64,000 nucleotides of DNA from Lytechinus pictus (GCF_037042905.1 NC_087250.1:21454001-21518000), one strand, 5' to 3'. Shown: positions 38,200 through 51,735, counted from the first letter of the stretch. Program-made: numbers and translations. The notes: generated by a model from the letters alone, not told the origin.

Positions 38200-41004
38200 T
38201 AAGCATGCATTCCCAGGTTCGGCAGTAACTTTGTAGCTTATGGAAGTCAATAAAATCGTGTTTTTGCCTGGTAAACCTATTTGGGTTCAACCGAGGGTCT
38301 GGTTCGGATTCTATAAAAGTAGAGACCCTGGAACTTTACTGCTGCATCCAATATGGTATTAAATATAAACACCTGGATGATCATAGCCTGGGAAGCGGGA
38401 TTGATGTTGGATATTTTGTACACCATAAGCAGAACCCCTGGAAATTAGGTTGGTATGTTAAATGTACAGATTTGACACAAATCTTCTTCATTTTTGGACA
38501 GAAAAATGTTTATGTAATTATTATTATTGTTGTAATTTTTAAAGACTAAATTTAGTTCTGTGTTGGAATAAATCTTTCTTTTTTCTTGTCATCTTTTTTC
38601 TTCTGAACAAAATCCCCTGGCATCATGGTCATTTGAAGTGAAACCCTTTTTCTTGGTCTTTTTAACAAACCAGCACCCCTTATTTCTAAACCTTTCCCAG
38701 GGCAGTGTGATCAATCATTCAGTTATTGAAATATGATTGAAATATGATTGAAATATTACAAAAGAGAACAATTACATTTAGCTGGTAGACCAAGCGGCTA
38801 TTCGATCCAGGAACGATTTGCTCAGCCGTACGCATGAATGATCATTCAATACAAAATAATGCAAAGAAAAGGAACGACCCTCGATAAATTTGATGCTGTG
38901 CTCATTTATTATATATATCTTTATTTTTCCACGGCATTTGCCGGCATGCATGCAACCACTAATTTCGGGGAAGGTAAATAGTTAAGAATTATAACTACAA
39001 TAATTCCTTTGATTTGCTCGTATCTGTATAGACAGCCACAATAATTTAGTTACTCATGAAAGATTGAAAAAAAGGAATAAAAGGCAGTAATACTCCCTCC
39101 GAAAGTATCTCAAAGGTGTGTATAAATTGATAGGAAGACAAAGCTTAAAGCATAGCCAGCTTTATCAACCTTTTTGTTTCAAATTAACTTATTATCCATG
39201 ATATTTTTTAAAGTCTCCTGGGATCACGGGGTGTCCTTCCCCATATCTTAAAAATAAAAACTATCATATATCTATTATTTTTTTTTCTTACAGTACCCTA
39301 TGAAATGTTTCCTTCCACTCATAAAAAAGATTGGTCGAAGTAAAAAAAAAAAATTGGTAAATATTTGTCCGATAAATAAAAGCGGTCTATACCAACCAAA
39401 TTCTAATAGATTTAAAACAAGAATAAAGTTGTCAATTTTGGCAATTTCTTTTTGATCGGATACATATAATCGATATAATCTGGGCCAATTCTTTTAAAAT
39501 TGTGATCAATAATTTCATTCTTGAAAGTCTATTGTAACCAAAAGTTGAATAAAACATTGAAAACGAAAAATAAACATCCTCCAGATTGTCCCGGTGTAAA
39601 ATTATAATGGGCCAGTCGTTAGTGTTATATACTCTCTGTTTAACATTAAATTTGCATTGGATTTCAAGGAGCGTATAAAAAGTCATAGTAAGGTACAATA
39701 AAGGCAATCTCAAACTGTTTACAATAATTTTTCTTAATAACCTTCCACAAGTCTGGGTTCCTTTATTGAAAATCCGTAGGGTATATGTATGCAGTAACAC
39801 AATATGTCATAAAACATGTCATAAAATGTCATAAAACAAATACAATACTCCAATACATTTTCAAAGTGAAACAAACACTCCTTAGCAAGTAATATATACA
39901 CACAGACTTAAGGCACCAAAATGAAACGAAAATAGTAAGATTGCGACGTATTTGCTAAGTTTCATACCGCCAGATTTTTGCTTGAATTTTTCTTCTATTT
40001 AAAACATGATGATACTCTGTAATTTCAAACTTATCTCTTCATGTTTATTATTGCTTTTGTTTTTCTTTCGCCAAATATATTTGGTCAAAATCTTAATGAT
40101 ATGTCTTTTGTGGTATATTATTTTATTTGGATCGAAATCACAAAGAGAATTGTTAATAGTTTTAAATAGAATTGCGACCCAAAAAGAGAGTTTTTTAACT
40201 TTGAGAGAAAAATCAGACATGTCGATAGATGATAGTGATGAATTATAATATATTTGGATTGATGTTTTTGTTTTTATCATTCATAATGTTCTATTTTTTG
40301 GCATGCAGGAAGTTGGTCTACATGTCAGAAAGCGTATTATAATATATTCTAAACTCATTTGATAGGATATGAAATCGGTCTAGTTTGGTCTACAATACAC
40401 TTCGTCTATTATTGTATCTATTAGATTGAGTGGGTATTTTCTAACATAATAATTAGAAAATAAACCCGTTGTAAAAAAGGTTATAACAATGAAATATAAT
40501 CGGACCAAGTTATCGCTATCAAGCGACAAGATGAGACAACCCATATGGTAGAAAAGGGCATCCTAGATCCATAAAAGGTAGGGTCCATTTAACCCAATGT
40601 TTAGTGAAAATTATAACAAAGTTTTCGAACTCTCGGGTAAAATGGACCCCTTAAATTTCGTGAATTTAGGATGCTTTTTGCTTAAACGCATTTGGGTATT
40701 TGCGACTGCCCGACCCAAAGCGATAATCTGTTGTGATGGCACAAACCGTGTGGACAAGGGACTTGTACAAACAATAGTGATTGATCCGGTCAATCTCATC
40801 TCTATCGATTTTTTATTCTTGTGATATTTTAAAATAGGAAATTTGTTCTTAGTAAATACAAATGAGCTCAACGATTTTCAAGGCAAGAAATCACGTAACA
40901 CCTGTGTCTGGGGCCACCTGTCTATACTTAAAACCTTCCTACAGTGGCCACTATAAAAACCAGGCATTTTTTCGTCGGTATGTCTATACAAGAACCTGTC
41001 TATA

Positions 41005-41567
41005 AGGGCAAAGAATCTTCACGTGAAAATACTGATAATATTGTACTAAATGTCGTGAAGGAGAAGTTGGGAGTCAATATCGGTATCGGCGACATCGACC
41101 GAAGTCACAGAGTTGGGCCTATCCGTAACATCCAACGTAGTAATGAGAGTGTCCAGGGTTCGTCGTCTGCTGCTAGTGCTGTTACTGACACCTCATCTTT
41201 GAGTTCTTCAGCTTCTTCTTCGACGTCATATGCCAGCAAGTTAACACCGTCACCATCTACCTCGAACAGGGATCGTCTTCATCATAGAGCAAGAATAGTC
41301 AAGCTCACCTCGTATCGTGCTCGCCAAACCATTCTCCTTTCTCGACGGAAGCTGAAAGGTACTGGAGTTTCCATCTCAGAAGATCTAACGGCTGAAAATT
41401 ATGGGATACTCAAAACAGCACGACAGTCGACAAAGGTCACAGCTTCATGGTCGAGTGATGGTCGAATCTTTGTGGCGTTACCGGCTTCAAATGGCAAAAC
41501 TGTCAAGAAACTCGCTAGATCACTAGAGGAAGCGAAGCAACTCTCATCATCTACTAGATCAAAATAG
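41005..41567 (+). pseudogene. CR1/L2-type LINE ORF1, C-terminal part (5'-truncated)
   Basis: ENTDNIVLNVVKEKLGV..DIDRSHRVG..RIVKLTSYRARQTIL..RRKLKGTGVSISEDLT..WSSDGRIFV; typical non-LTR ORF1 motifs. Confidence 0.8.
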
Positions 41568-41671
41568 AGATTTGATATGACAGATGAAATGCAATTAACT
41601 CTGGAAGTTGTTGAATTGAACAGAATATTCCGTATACTTTGATTTTTTTATTTGTTATATATATATTTTTT

Positions 41672-42858
41672 TTTTTGTCTAGCCTGCATAGCAGAGCGAG
41701 ACTATAGGCGCCGCTTTTCCGACGGCGGCGGCGTCAACATCAAATCTTAACCTAAGGTTAAGTTTTTGAAATGACATCATAACTTAAAAAGTAAATGGAC
41801 CTAGTTCATGAAACTTTGACATAAGGTTGATCAAGTACTACTGAACATCCTGCTTGAGTTTCAGGTCACATGACCAAGGTCAAAGGTCATTTAGGGTCAA
41901 TGAACTTAGACCATGTTGGGAAAATTATTTTCAAAATCTTAACCGAAGGTTAAGTTTTTGAAATGACATCATAACTTAGAAAGTATATAGACCTAGTTCA
42001 TGAAACTTAGACATAAGGTTAATCAAGTATTAGTAAACATCCTGGTTGAGTTTCAGGTCACGTGATCAAGGTCAAATGTCATTTAGGGTCAATGAACTTT
42101 GGTCAAGTTGGGGGTATTTGTTGAATTACTATCATAACTTTGAAAATTTATGGATTTAGTTCATGAAACTTGGACATTAGGTTGATCAAGTACCACTGAA
42201 TATCCTGTGCGAGTTTCAGGTCACATGACCATGGTCAATGGTCATTTAAGGTCAATGAACTTTGGCCGTGTTGGGGGTATATGTTAAATTACCATCCTAG
42301 CTCTGAAAGTTTATGGATCTAGTTCATAAAACTTGGACATAAGAGTAATCAAGTATCACTGAACATCCTGTACGAGTTTCAGGTCACATGACCATGGTCA
42401 AAGGTCATTAAAGGTCAATGAACTTTGGCCGTGTTGGGGGTATTTGTTGAATTACCATCCTAACTGTGAAAGTTTATGGATCTATTTCATAAAACTTGGG
42501 ATATAAGAGTAATCAAGCATCACTGAACATCCCCTGTGAGTTTCAGGTCACAAAACCAAGTCAAAGGTCAGTTAAGGTCAATAAACTTAGGCCATGTTGG
42601 GGTAATTGTTGAAGTGCCATCATAACTTTGAAAGTTTATGGATAGAGTGAATGAAATGTGGACATTGGTGTAGTTGACAGTCTTAAGTCTCCGTTCAAAT
42701 GTCATTTATGGTCAATGAACGTGGTATTATGTCATTATATGAATGATGTTTTTGTGAATGATTATTTATATAGTAGTTTATAGTAGTTTTCAAAGTTAGC
42801 ACTGCTGCTATATTAAATTGCGTAATGCAGGCGAGACTGCCAAAGGCGTTCCACTTGT
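41672..42858 (+). mobile_element. Helentron-type element, copy 2 (more repeat units), between LINE ORF1 and ORF2
   Basis: Same termini and internal units as 34792-35578. Confidence 0.8.
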
Positions 42859-42888
42859 TTTTGTATATTTTTCCTTCAGTAATGCCAA

Positions 42889-43390
42889 ATGTCTTCTAAC
42901 TGTAGCTGTGTATTATGTAGCAGGCAATGTAACTTAACTTGTAATGATTGTTTCTTATGTAGGCCTTTAAGAAATGAACAAGAATCTGAAACTAGTTTTG
43001 ATGAAAATTATGGGTACTTTGAAAATTTGATAAATAATATTATACCCCTACGGAATTTGGAAATGCATTGAAATTACATGGTGAGAAAAATCTGATTTTG
43101 GCAAATTTCAATTGCCGTAGTTTAAAGTGTAATTTTGAGACATTCACTAATTGTCTTGATGAAATTGGTCAGAAATTGTCATTTATTGGTACTTGTGAAA
43201 CATGGCTCAATAATGAGGAAGAACATGAATGTATGATTCCAGGTTATACATTTGTAGGCAAACACAGACATAACAAAAGAGGAGGAGGCGTAGGCATGTA
43301 TATAAATGATTATATAAAATATATAAAACGCCCAGACTTGGTCACATTTATTGAAAATATCGAAAGCCTGTTCATTGAAATTCAAAATTT
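42889..43390 (+). pseudogene. LINE ORF2 N-terminus, APE endonuclease domain (frameshifted and truncated)
   Basis: NFNCRSL..FIGTCETWL..IPGYTFVGKHR..RGGGVGMYI..ESLFIEI motifs. Confidence 0.8.
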
Positions 43391-43900
43391 CTTGGTGGAA
43401 GCTGAATGGTGAGGTGAAGCTCTGTCCTGCAGGAAAATCTGTCCTTGAAAGAGGGAATGTAGCTGGAGGTCAGAATCTCTTGATACTGAATGCTGTCCAC
43501 GTACTCTGCAGATCTTTGTTGCACCACCAGATCTGATGTAGCCCCAAGATCTGCAGAGAAGATGGGACCATTTACAGCATTAGGTTTTTAACAGATTCTG
43601 ACCTCCAGCTACATTCTTACCTACCTACAAGGGCAGATTTTCCAGCAGGATGGAGCTCTTTGTCACACGTCAGCTTCCACCAAGAAATTTATTCAGCACA
43701 AGAAGATCAAATGTCTTGAGAATAGGACAGCACAGTCTCCAGACATGACTTTTATTGAGCATGTATGAAGCAGAATGAATGAGAGCACATGGAAACGAAG
43801 CCAAATAATGTGGGGGGAGTTGTGGAACACTCGTGAGGCCATCTTTTATGCCATTCTGATGCCTACATCAACAAACTGGTACGACCCCCTCCCAAGACCA
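43388..43900. pseudogene. Tc1-family transposase fragments, two copies in inverted orientation
   Basis: Plus strand GQIFQQDGALCHTSASTKKF..AQSPDMTFIEHV (DD34E region); 43388-43525 is a diverged reverse complement of about 43546-43690. Confidence 0.75.
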
Positions 43901-44065
43901 AGGCCAAAATAAGGCACAGCAGATACTAAAGTGTTAATTCCCGGTGTTGCAGTTAGTATGATGTTGATGTGATGTCAGAAGCAATGTTTGTTGATTCAGT
44001 CTGAATGATTTGTAAATTGCGACATGACTTTTGTCCAGCTGAAAAAAAAGGCCTACTTGACATTA

Positions 44066-44560
44066 TTCAATTCAATTCAAATAAAACATTTATTTTCTTC
44101 TATTTCATCACATAGTTTTCTTGTAACATACATACATAAATACATAAATCAATTTGTTATGAAAAATATAAATATATACATGTTGGGTTTAAGGAAGAAG
44201 GCGTATACCCTAAAAGCTGAGGCTTGTGGCGGGATACGCCTATAGACATAAATACAATACAATCAACAATACAAAGGAAAGGGCAGAGAAAAGAAGAAAA
44301 GGAAAGGGAACAAGAGAGGGAGACGTGAGCGGGGAGGCGGGCATGAAAATAGAATCCTCAACAAAATATCAGTGGGGGGGGGGGGGGGCAAAATATAAAT
44401 GCCGCAACCACAATTGTCCATGGTTCATCTTATCATGTTTAAAGTCAAAAGGAAACGTAAGATGAGAAATATTTATATATAAAACGACAGAAGCAATTTT
44501 TTTCATTTTATACTTAAAGCTGGTTGTCGATAGAGATTTTTTTATGTAATCCGGAATTTC
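44066..44560 (-). mobile_element. Probable LINE 3' end with AATAAA and (TTGAA)n tail
   Basis: TTCAATTCAATTCAAATAAAACATTTATT on the plus strand at about 44066-44095. Confidence 0.45.
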
Positions 44561-46024
44561 AATTTATGTCACTGTTCTCATTAGCGTAGATTAAATTTAA
44601 TTTCTCTGCTGCCAAATAATATTTTTAAACATTAGAATTAATCTGAAAGATATCACAGATCAGATGATTTTTGGTAAAGTTAGAAAGTGATTACTTCATC
44701 AGCAGTACCTGCGACAAGACTTATGTACATTACAGTAATACGCTAATGGTTTTCTGCGGTTGTAATAGTTTAACTACTTGAGGTATTAATACCTTATTAT
44801 GAAATACCTTACTTCGTTTTGTATATCTTTGCATTTGTTGGTCATTTGCTATTATCAGGGGAAGCGGAATTGCAATAAACTTGTACTAAATCTTTTAAAA
44901 TACACGAACTACCCTTTCTGCATGGTCATTCATTAGGGATATAACTGTTTGGGGATACAATTGCATAAGGCCTATGTGTGTTAACATATATCCATATATC
45001 TCTCTAACTATGCCATCAAAATTAGAAATAACTGCTATCGAATATTTATTTCGGCACCTTCGGAGTTGACGCTGATTAAAGGTACGACCTGGATCTGTTA
45101 AAAAAACACGAACTTTGAGAGATTGTGTAGATGAATCAGGGAGAACACCTGGTTATTTCTTCATCTTTAGCCTGCAACATCATAGCACTGTCATCGAAAT
45201 GTATCTATACCATATTTCATGTCGTAGATGGCGCCCTTAGGTTTTGTGACGGAGATAACACAGAATTACGGGACATAAAATATCCGACAAAATTGTTGTT
45301 TTCTTGCAAAATTTTCAACATGTACTCATATTTACATATATTCATTCAAGAAAAGAACTATCATCGGTATTTCTCAGGCACAGAGCCTAATATAATATTC
45401 ATCCATTCGGAATTTATGAAATTATGATTCAATTTTGATGATATCGTCGGGACATGCGGTTGTATTAGGGGGTTCGGCACATTCAGACAAAACAACAACA
45501 AAAAATCACCGAACAGATTAATTTCTCCAAACTCCGTTAATATACATTGTTAAAGACATTCATGTCAGCATAAATAGAGAAAAGTTAAAGTTAAAATCAC
45601 ATAAATATTTCTTTGATTATCATGATTATTATGATTATCGGGACACAAAAGGAGACACTTAAGTTTGCGAAGTATCACCATCATAATGAGTGACCTGTGC
45701 TTTTGTGCTCCTGGAAAATCTTGGTAAAAACATAGCTTAGCCTTGACATAACCCTCTTACTACGGTTATTGAGTCTTCAATTGAGAAGATTAACAAAAAC
45801 TGACATTTGAACAAAATCAACAGGAGCAGTACTCAACCACGTAGCCAGGATTTCATTTAGGAGGGGGCGGTAAATGCACGCGAAGCATGCCAACAATTAA
45901 AGAGCGCGCGAAGCGCGCTCCCTAGGAGATGGGTGCAGGGAGGGGGAGTTTCCCCCTCCCTTGCGAAGCGCGAAGTTTTCGGTGTTTCATAAATTAAAAT
46001 TAAAATGAGCCGTCTCTCCTGTCT

Positions 46025-48522
46025 CTAGTATTATATATTTGTTAGAAGTATGGATAGACATGATAGAGACGAAGGATTTTCGATTTAAATCTGATACATT
46101 TAAAGGAAATGTTTTTAACAATAAATTTGTACGAATTCAAGGGAAATGCATATTTAACCAAAAGGTATGTGAAAATAATATTTACAGAGTGAAAAAAATT
46201 ATGGATTATGATAGAAACTTAAGGTCATTTTCGTACTTCCAAAGACAGGGTTTAAACATAAATGATTTTCATTTGATAGAGTCAATTTATAAAACTATTC
46301 CAGTCAGCTGGAAACGAAATATGAAAATAGATAGCAAAGAGGCTTCTCTTAGGGAAGGAATATCATTTATATCTGAAAAAGAATTTGTCAATAGATCTAG
46401 AGGAGTTAGTATCCAAAAGGGGGGGGGGGGGGGGTTGGGAGGTAGAACATCACTTTTTGTCTCACCTGCATAGCAGAGTGAGACTATAGGCGCCGCTTTT
46501 CCGACGGCGGCGGCGGCGGCGTCAACACCAAATCTTAACCTTAGGTTAAGTTTTTGAAATGACAGCATAACTTAGAAAGTATATGGACCTAGTTCATGAA
46601 ACTTGGCCATAAGGTTAATCAAGTATTACTGAACATCCTGCCTGAGTTTCATATCACATGACCAAGGTCAAAGGTCATTTAGGGTCAATGAACTTAGACC
46701 ATGTTGGGGGAATCAACATCAAAATCTTAACCTAAGGTTAAGTTTTTGAAATGTCATCATAACTTAGAAAATATATGGACCTAGTTCATGAAACTTATAC
46801 ATAAGGTTAATCAAGTATCACTGAACATCCTGCATGAGTTTCACGTCACATGACCAAGGTCAAAGGTCATTTAGGGTCAATGAACTTTGGCCGAATTGGG
46901 GGTATCTGTTGAATTACCATCATAACTTTGAAAGTTTATGGATCTGATTCATGAAACTTGGACATAATAGTAATCAAGTATTACTGAACATCCTGTGCAA
47001 GTTTCAGGTCACATGATCAAGGTCAAAGGTCATTTAGGGTCAATGAACTTTGGCCAAATTGGGGTATTTGTTGAATTACAGCCATAAATTTGAAAGTGTG
47101 TTGGTCTAGTTCATAAAACTTGGACATAATAGTAATCAAGTATCACTGAACATCCTGTGCGAGTTTCAGGTCACATGATCAAGGTCAAAGGTCATGTAAG
47201 GTCAAAGAACTTTGGCCACGTTGGGGGTATTTGTTGAATTGCCATCATATCTCTATGAGTGTATTGGTCTAGTTCATAAAACGTGGAAATAAGAGTAACC
47301 AAGTATCACTGAACATCTTGTGCGAGTTATAGTAGTTTTCAAAATCAGCACTGCTGCTATATTGAATCGCGTGATGCAGGTGAGACGGCCAGAGGCATTC
47401 CACTTGTTATCTTTTTTTTCTCTCTTATCATTTCATACATCTTGTTAATATTTCATTTTGTAATTGCTGAAACGCATTAGTATTAATTTCAAGTATCTTT
47501 GAAGTTTGATGTACAGGTATAATTTGTATGATTATACTTGTTATGGTTTTATTGTATAATTTATAATCATGTTTCAAATAATATGTACAACTTGCTTATG
47601 GAATGTGAATGTGTATTTTGATTTGAGAGAATTCAATAAAACATCCTTAAAAAATATTTTAAAAAATCGAAAAGAAGTTTTGTATTTTTGCAGATTTCAG
47701 TCGTTTTATTTTTCATTAGTTTGAAATCTTTTTTAATCGATTACAATATTGATTAGAGGAAGAAACATATCGCCATCTATTTTTGGAATGTGAATATGCT
47801 TGTTTGGTTTGGGATAATTGTAAGAAGATGTTTGGTTTTATTTCGACGGGCAATTTAAGCTGGGAGGAAATTCTTGTAGGTGTAGAATTAAATGACGAAG
47901 GAAAGGAACGTTTAGTCAATCATTTTCTAATCTTTGTTAAATTTTTAATCTTCAAAGGGAAGGAAAAGGGTGCACTTATAACCATGGATGAAATTAAAAG
48001 GAAATTTAAAGAAGAAGAATGGGAAGAAAGAAGGCTGGCGCTAGGTAGAGGTAAGATGTCTCTACATTTAAGGAAATGGGAAAATCTGAATTAAAAGAAT
48101 ATATAGGGAGAGTGAGGCAAAGGTATATATACAACGAGAGACAAAACCACACAAAAAATACAAAAATAAATAAATACGGAGAATTGTAGTCCCTTCCATG
48201 TAGAGTATAGGCATAAAAAGGGGAGGGTGCTCCTAACCTAGGGACCGGGGGGGGGGGTTGGGAGGTAGAACAACACTTTTTATCTTTTTTTTTCTCTCTT
48301 ATCATTCATACATCTTGTTAATATTTCATTTTGTAATTGCTGAAACGCATTAGTATTAATTTCTAGTATCTTTGAAGTTTGATGTATAGTTTGTATAATT
48401 ATATTTGTTATGGATTTATTGTATAATTTATAATCATGTTTCAAATAGTTTGTACAACTTGCTTATGGAATGTGAATGTTTATTTTGATTTGAGAGAATA
48501 CAATAAAACATCCTTAAAAAAA
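46025..48522 (+). mobile_element. L1/Tx1-type LINE remnants: post-RT ORF2 piece (46039-46390), C-terminal zinc-knuckle piece (about 47680-48094), duplicated 3' UTR ending in AATAAA and poly(A)
   Basis: NNKFVRIQGK..IPVSWK and ETYRHLFLECEYACLVW..LRKWENLN* motifs; 3' UTR at 46415-47655 and again at 48245-48522. Confidence 0.75.
46454..47408 (+). mobile_element. Helentron-type element, copy 3, inserted into a T run of the LINE 3' UTR
   Basis: Empty site at 48265-48290 (CACTTTTTATC) shows insertion in a T run without a TSD. Confidence 0.85.
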
Positions 48523-48552
48523 ATCGTTTATAAAACAAAAATTGTTTATTAA

Positions 48553-49410
48553 AGAGGGAATTCACCCTTAAAGCGACCTTTCATTGACAAATCATGGGGA
48601 AATCAAGACCAATCTCAGAACGGAGAAGGGTTTAAAGTCTTTCACTCGGGTGTATATGCCTAGGGGTGTTATGTAATAGACGCCGGCATGCCTGGGAGGT
48701 CTAATACAGGAGAGCAATAGTTAGACTAACCAAGCAGAAGAAAAATGTGTTTTCGCTTTTAAACATGTAACTTCACAAAGGTTATTTATTTTGGTTTAGC
48801 AATCAAGAGACCTGCTAAGAGTCTAGGAATTGGGATTGTTGGAAACTAGAACTGCGATAGCCCGAATTAAATAACGATCACGAGTTCGGTCGAATTCGTG
48901 TTGTCCGAACTTTTATCGCATTAGTCCGACGGGCTCTCATGACGGACGGAATATATTATGCAAGTCAATTGGCCTTTTGCAAATTTCGTATTGATTCAAT
49001 TTCCCCATGATTTGACAATATAAGGTCGCTTTGACAGAAATGATAATACACAAATTGTAGGTTTGCCGAAAAATCAATTAAAGATTAAGAAAGTGAATAT
49101 AATTTCAAGTTTTGGATATGTGATTTCATAACCGAGCAGTTGTTTCATATTTTGATTAATATAAAATGCCTAAATTAAAATGTTTTACTTTGTTTGAGAT
49201 GACTTATTTTTGTATTCTCTTTAGGAGCGGATGTGAAATAATCGGACTATTGATGTACTCGTGATACAGTAAAACCTACATTTAAATTTTCTGAGAAAGT
49301 GGCCTTTCGCCGATTATTTTACCATACGATATGAGGATAAACTGCTCGCATTACGTCACAAGTCAAACTGCTACTTTTACAATGAACGCTTTTTCAGGGT
49401 GAACCAAATT
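48553..49410. mobile_element. Kolobok-like MITE with a second TTAA-site element nested at 48572-49030
   Basis: Outer TTAA|AGAGGGAATTCACCCT...AGGGTGAACCAAATT|TTAA; inner TIR AGCGACCTT..CAAATCATGGGGAAAT / ATTTCCCCATGATTTG..AAGGTCGCT. Confidence 0.6.
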
Positions 49411-50189
49411 TTAATAAATGGCTTGTAATTCTTTGGCCGGGTAGTCTATTAAAGGCGCTTGATCACAAAAGTCATGTGTTGTGTCCTTGGTCACGGCACT
49501 TGTGTCCGTGAGCAAGGAATTTAATCAACAATTTTATTCTTCATTCAAACACATGACAATGATAGAGCATTATTTATATATTTATGTGTGCACTTGTTTA
49601 AAAACATCAATGAATTTTATTCAGTAGAATAGAAATGGTTTTGTAGTGTTCTCCTGAATTTCACAGTCATTTGCATAATTAATTACTTCAAATTTATTCA
49701 AAACTACTCTTCAGCCTTGTAGTTTACAGCCGGCCCTAGGCATTTTGTGCGAATTTTTGCGACTGGAACACGAAGGTTAAGATTAATTGCCGATTGAAAT
49801 GGCCTATCAAGATCATCGTTGCATTCGTATTTTATTCAGTAGGCTATCGAGGAACCAATCAGAATTGTTCTTTCATATTAGCGATTAGTTGATAACCTGT
49901 GTGTTACAGGCCCCAATAGTCGAGATCGGAAGAGGGGGTGAATTTGATCTGGTCTTGCCCATTTCAAATAATTATGACCAAAACAGAGTGATATTCATTC
50001 TCAGACACGTTAACCAAACGCTTCAGTGCCTCAACAAAATTAGACTTACAATCGATTATAACTTATAAAGTAAAAGAAAAAAAGCGAAAATGGAACTTGT
50101 TTATTTATAATGTGAATGTGTCCTATGAAGTTATTAATCACTCATTAATAAGCTATCTTGGCCGATTCTTAAAAATGCAGTTTTCACAA

Positions 50190-50372
50190 CTGGGCGTTGT
50201 GGCGTGCGCCTGTAATCCAAGCTATGTGGGGAAGTTACAAATTGATGCAGAGGTTCGAGGTACGAGCCCTGGTCACGTCTTTCGGATGGTGACGTAAAAG
50301 GTCGGTCCCAGACGTAAATAAACATATCTGATTGATACACGTCTGACAAAACTCAAATACACACACACACAA
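50190..50372 (+). mobile_element. Chimeric SINE: 7SL-RNA-derived head, tRNA T-arm remnant, Deu-domain-like segment, (AC)n tail
   Basis: CTGGGCGTTGTGGCGTGCGCCTGTAATCCAAGCTA (7SL 5' end); GAGGTTCGAGGTACGAGCCCTGG; GTCTTTCGGATGGTGACGTAAAAGGTCGGTCCC; flanked by CACAA. Confidence 0.7.
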
Positions 50373-51536
50373 ACGAATTAATGGTAAAAACGGTTTTAAT
50401 CGATTACAATATTGATATTATATAATTAAAAAAAATAATATAATTTATTTATACAAAAATAAACGGAGCCGTGGCCGAGTGGACTAAGGCGCCTAACATC
50501 ACTTTTAAATGCACTGTCAATGATTATAAAGTCATTCATCTTTTTTTTATTTTTTTTTATTATGTTTAAAGGCTTTTCAGTCTTTTTAGACTATTTAATC
50601 TGGGGTGATTCTTTAAAATGCAGCTTTCATAAGAAAGGTAATGGTTGAAGCAAAAGTACTTTGTTATATTAGCAGATTTCTGTCATATTATTTATTTATT
50701 GTTGGTTTGAAATTTTTTTAAATTGATTTCAACATTGATAAAAAATTATAATTACTTTATACAAAAATAAAATAAAACAATTTTATTGTCATAGTTTTAA
50801 GGCGCCTGGCAATACATGGAAAGTCCGGGGTTCGATCCTCGGCGGCGGTACCAATGCCTGTTTTTAATCGATAATGGTCTTTTATCCTGCATTCAAATAA
50901 ATGAACATGCTAAACACACTCTTGGTAACTAGGTGTGCACTTGTAAAAAAATTAATTGATAAAATTAAAATAACAAATAAAACAAGTAACTTTAATAATA
51001 CAAAAATAAAATGAGTCATAACCGAGCGGTCTAAAGGGCTTGACAATACATGGAAAGTCCGGGGTTCGATCTTCGATAATGGTCTTTTATCATGCATTCA
51101 AATAAATGAGAATGGTATACGCATTTTGGTAACTAGGTGTGCACTTGCTAAAAAAATATAAAAGCTCAAATTTGTTTCACTGTCGAAATTGTTACTTCGA
51201 ACAGTCGAATGCATTAAGAAATCTGTTTCGATCCAGACCCCCATGATCGATACCATGGTTTGCTTTCAATCGAAACATGCCGATAACCAATCAAGATCGT
51301 CGTCAAACGCTCAATCTGTTCCTAAGATTTGACTATCAGCCATTTAGATTTGTTCTTTCATTCTTGTGATTTAAATGGGTAGCGACCAACACTGACTCTG
51401 TTCATGTTTTAAGAATGGCTAGTTTACAAAAGGTTTTCCCCACAAACACCAAAAAACACAAAATCCAATACCATACATGAATGGCTGGTCTCAAAATGCA
51501 TATTTTGTTAAATTAGACAAACTGAAGTTGATTTAG

Positions 51537-51735
51537 CATTGTGCTGCACTCAACCCAAGTGAGGTGAAGGGTACTTGGTATGAATTTATTCCTTGAAATG
51601 CGTGTGCGCTGTAATCTTAGTAATTACGGCTGCCAAGCTACAGCTGGGGTAATATCCAAGTCCTTTGGAAGCGCATAGAGACATTCATAATTGTGATGTG
51701 CGCTATACAAGAACTGTTTATTATTATTATTATTA
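51537..51735 (+). mobile_element. SINE 3' part with L2-like tail and (TTA)n
   Basis: GCACTCAACCCAAGTGAGGTGAAGGGTAC..AAGCGCATAGAG..GCGCTATACAAGAACTG(TTA)n. Confidence 0.65.

Noticed and set aside
40944..41567. Host gene of 207 aa
   Set aside because: Motifs are those of LINE ORF1, it is followed by an APE-domain ORF2 remnant, and it has no ATG start at the called position.
50190..50240. Human Alu contamination or a true 7SL gene
   Set aside because: Similarity stops after about 45 nt and continues into non-Alu, Deu-like sequence embedded in local repeats; no S domain.
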